Source of the DNA: a virus | Lineage: Duplodnaviria; Caudoviricetes | DNA: 46,160 nucleotides | Strand: one strand, 5' to 3' | Virus record (IMG/VR): IMGVR_UViG_3300045534_000027 | Span: 1 to 46,160 of that record | Shown: positions 44,320-46,160 of the stretch, piece by piece | Layout of the letters: each line of letters begins with the position of its first letter | Position numbering within the stretch: the stretch's first letter is position 1 | Position numbers and translations under genes: made by a program | The notes under the pieces: model-generated | Database searches by the model: none | Seen by the model: the letters and a program-made list of their open reading frames with translations, nothing else | Told to the model about the DNA's origin: nothing

Positions 44320-45906
44320 CTATTGCTGTCTTGTTAAGGTTATAATCGCATTCGTGCTCAGTATCGTTGTGGCTACACTGACCGCGTTCTTCAGCGCGTT
44401 CTTCGTAACCTTCAGCGGATCTATGATCCCCATCCCGAACATATCACCGTAGCACTCGTTCTTCACATCGTAACCGTGACCTGCTGTGTCCACGTCTGAC
44501 ATTATCTCGTAGCCGTCCTTCCCAGCGTTGTCCATTATCTGCAGCAGCGGTGACTGTATCGCCCAGCCAACGATCTGCATCGCGGTGTACTGGTCGTGGC
44601 TTATGTGGTCCATACTGTCGTCAGCGTACTCTATGATGTCGGACGCGATATTAAACAGCGCCACACCACCACCTGGCAGTATGCCCTCCTCCAGCGCTGA
44701 CCTTACCGCGCAGACCGCGTCGTCAACCCTGTCGTACCTCTCCTTCTGCTCCACGTCCGAGCCTCCTCCGACATATATAACACCAACACCGCCTGTAAGA
44801 GACGCTATACGCTCCTTTATGGCATCCCTGTCGCCCTTTCTCGTTGAGTTGTTGTGCTGTATCCATAATTGTTCAACACGCTCTCTAATCGCCTCGTTTG
44901 AGGTCTCGCTTCGAACCAGCACGGTGCTGTCCCTTCCGACGATCACCCTGTCCGCCTTTCCAAGGTGGTCTATAGAGATTAAACTCAAATCATCACCCGT
45001 CTGCTCGCTGAAGTACTTAGCCCCAACCGCAAGCGCGATGTCCTGCATCAGCTCCTGCTGCTTGTAGCCAAACTGTGGTGGCTGGATGTTACAGAACTTC
45101 AAGTTATTATGAGCCACGTTCGCAGCCAGCGTGTTGATCACGTTGCTGGTGCACGGTCCAATTATCAATAGCTTCTTCTGCCCGTTTATGATCGGCTTCA
45201 GCACGTTCTCAATCGAGAGTATGTTACTTATCTCCTGGTCGGTCACCATAACGTACACGTCCTCCATTATGCACTCCTCCTTCTTCATATCGTTCACGAA
45301 GAGCCTGCTCGTGTACCCACGTCCTATCTTTATCCCGTTGGTAACCTCGCTGTAGGTCTTGTCCGTCTGTGAATTCTCGACCGTAACGATCCCCTCCCTG
45401 CCGACCTTGTTGTACGCGTCAGCGATTATAGCACCCAGCTCCTTATCATTATTAGCAGATATAGAGGCAACGTCCTTCAGCGTCTTGCCGCTCACCTTCT
45501 TGCTCATCTTCTCCAGACTCTTCACAACACCATCCACTACGGTGTTCACGTTACGCAACACCTCAGTCGGGTTGTTTCTCTCCGTGATGAACTCGTTTCC
45601 CCTTGTGACCATAGCCTCCGTCAGCACGATCGCTGTCGTAGTCCCGTCACCTGCGCTGGTCGCAGTCCTGTCGGCTGCCTCCTTCATCATACGCACCGCC
45701 AGGTTCTCAACTGGATCCTTTAGGTTGATCGATTTTGCAACCGTCACACCGTCCTTGGTCACGGTTATACCGTGCACGTGGTTCTGTGATTCAATCAGCA
45801 CGGTCTTACCTCTCGGTCCTAGCGTGCTCTTTACCGCCTTGCTGATAGTAGTTATACCATTAACCAGCTTGTCTCTTCCCTCCTTGTCAAATACTAAGTC
45901 GTTCAT
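44320..45906 (-). CDS. groEL: chaperonin GroEL
   Basis: TLGPRG, VTKDGVTVAK, AGDGTTTA, EEGILPGGG and GIIDPLKV motifs. Confidence 0.97.
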   Translation of the reverse strand: MNDLVFDKEGRDKLVNGITTISKAVKSTLGPRGKTVLIESQNHVHGITVTKDGVTVAKSINLKDPVENLAVRMMKEAADRTATSAGDGTTTAIVLTEAMVTRGNEFITERNNPTEVLRNVNTVVDGVVKSLEKMSKKVSGKTLKDVASISANNDKELGAIIADAYNKVGREGIVTVENSQTDKTYSEVTNGIKIGRGYTSRLFVNDMKKEECIMEDVYVMVTDQEISNILSIENVLKPIINGQKKLLIIGPCTSNVINTLAANVAHNNLKFCNIQPPQFGYKQQELMQDIALAVGAKYFSEQTGDDLSLISIDHLGKADRVIVGRDSTVLVRSETSNEAIRERVEQLWIQHNNSTRKGDRDAIKERIASLTGGVGVIYVGGGSDVEQKERYDRVDDAVCAVRSALEEGILPGGGVALFNIASDIIEYADDSMDHISHDQYTAMQIVGWAIQSPLLQIMDNAGKDGYEIMSDVDTAGHGYDVKNECYGDMFGMGIIDPLKVTKNALKNAVSVATTILSTNAIITLTRQQ

Positions 45907-45909
45907 AAA

Positions 45910-46035
45910 TTAAAATGTAAATTGAATGTGTAAGCATAGGATATAAATGTTGACCTCTGAGTAGTCAAAGTCTTCGTCTGGTGAGAACCAGGATAAACCA
46001 AACAATAGATAGTTTGGCGCAATTGTAATTTCCAT
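45910..46035 (-). CDS. small hypothetical protein (41 aa, not in ORF track)
   Basis: MEITIAPNYLLFGLSWFSPDEDFDYSEVNIYILCLHIQFTF*; ends 3 nt before the groEL ATG. Confidence 0.65.
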   Translation of the reverse strand: MEITIAPNYLLFGLSWFSPDEDFDYSEVNIYILCLHIQFTF

Positions 46036-46062
46036 ATAAAATAAAATTAGATTATTATTCTG

Positions 46063-46070
46063 CAAATATA
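46063..46070 (-). promoter_or_regulatory. Bacteroidota -7 promoter element (TATATTTG)
   Basis: Consensus match upstream of the small ORF-groEL-groES unit. Confidence 0.65.
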
Positions 46071-46160
46071 GTGTAAATTTATATACGTGATTTAAAAACA
46101 GTCTTATGTCAGAATGTCGAAAATTTCTTCTCTATTCTCTTATATATATATTTTATATAT

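Noticed and set aside
4750-45913. Many + strand ORFs antisense to long - strand genes (e.g. 7462-7860, 44528-45067, 45359-45913) and short nested same-strand ORFs
   Set aside because: Shadow ORFs produced by codon bias; Ser/Leu/Ile-rich with no motifs or credible starts
1-46160. Stop-codon reassignment as seen in some crAss-like phages
   Set aside because: Genes are full length under the standard code, and TAG, TGA and TAA all end genes at sensible positions
1-46160. tRNA, CRISPR array, integrase, reverse transcriptase/DGR, introns or inteins
   Set aside because: None recognised by eye; intergenic gaps are very short and terminase/helicase lengths are normal. A covariance-model scan would be needed to exclude RNAs formally
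46075-46160. AT-rich (TA)n tract at the window end, possible origin or genome terminus
   Set aside because: Truncated by the window edge; no repeat partner is visible

Overview
A 46-kb segment of a tailed dsDNA phage with podovirus-like gene content. Repeated TAnnTTTG (-7) promoter elements and Shine-Dalgarno-less AT-rich translation starts point to a Bacteroidota (probably Flavobacteriia) host. The gene set resembles GroEL-encoding Cellulophaga phi38:1-like / distant crAss-related phages; this is from memory, not a search. Bases 1-4.7 kb are a + strand replication/metabolism block: SF2 helicase, HotDog acyl-CoA thioesterase, VRR-NUC nuclease, DnaA-C-like HTH and metallophosphoesterase. Bases 4.7-43.5 kb are a - strand late block: small basic proteins, lysis genes, fibres, tandem GroES-like protein, terminase, portal, ferritin-like gene, scaffold, major capsid, ring/nozzle tail proteins and ejection proteins, ending in a 3157-aa giant protein. 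A divergent winged-helix gene and a groEL-groES pair close the window. The best candidate for a new system is the 3157-aa protein. It contains an HExxH metallopeptidase followed by four enzyme-like modules (HhH glycosylase-like, two ADP-ribosyltransferase-like, and one possibly SAM-lyase-like), each bounded by a recurring G-R-[RK]-Q motif, and one module has a foreign base composition. This suggests an injected, self-processing effector polyprotein with swappable cassettes. Other highlights are a captured HipB-like XRE/T5orf172 fusion with a frameshift, a palindromic bidirectional promoter, and a second tandem co-chaperonin. All family assignments come from visual motif recognition only.
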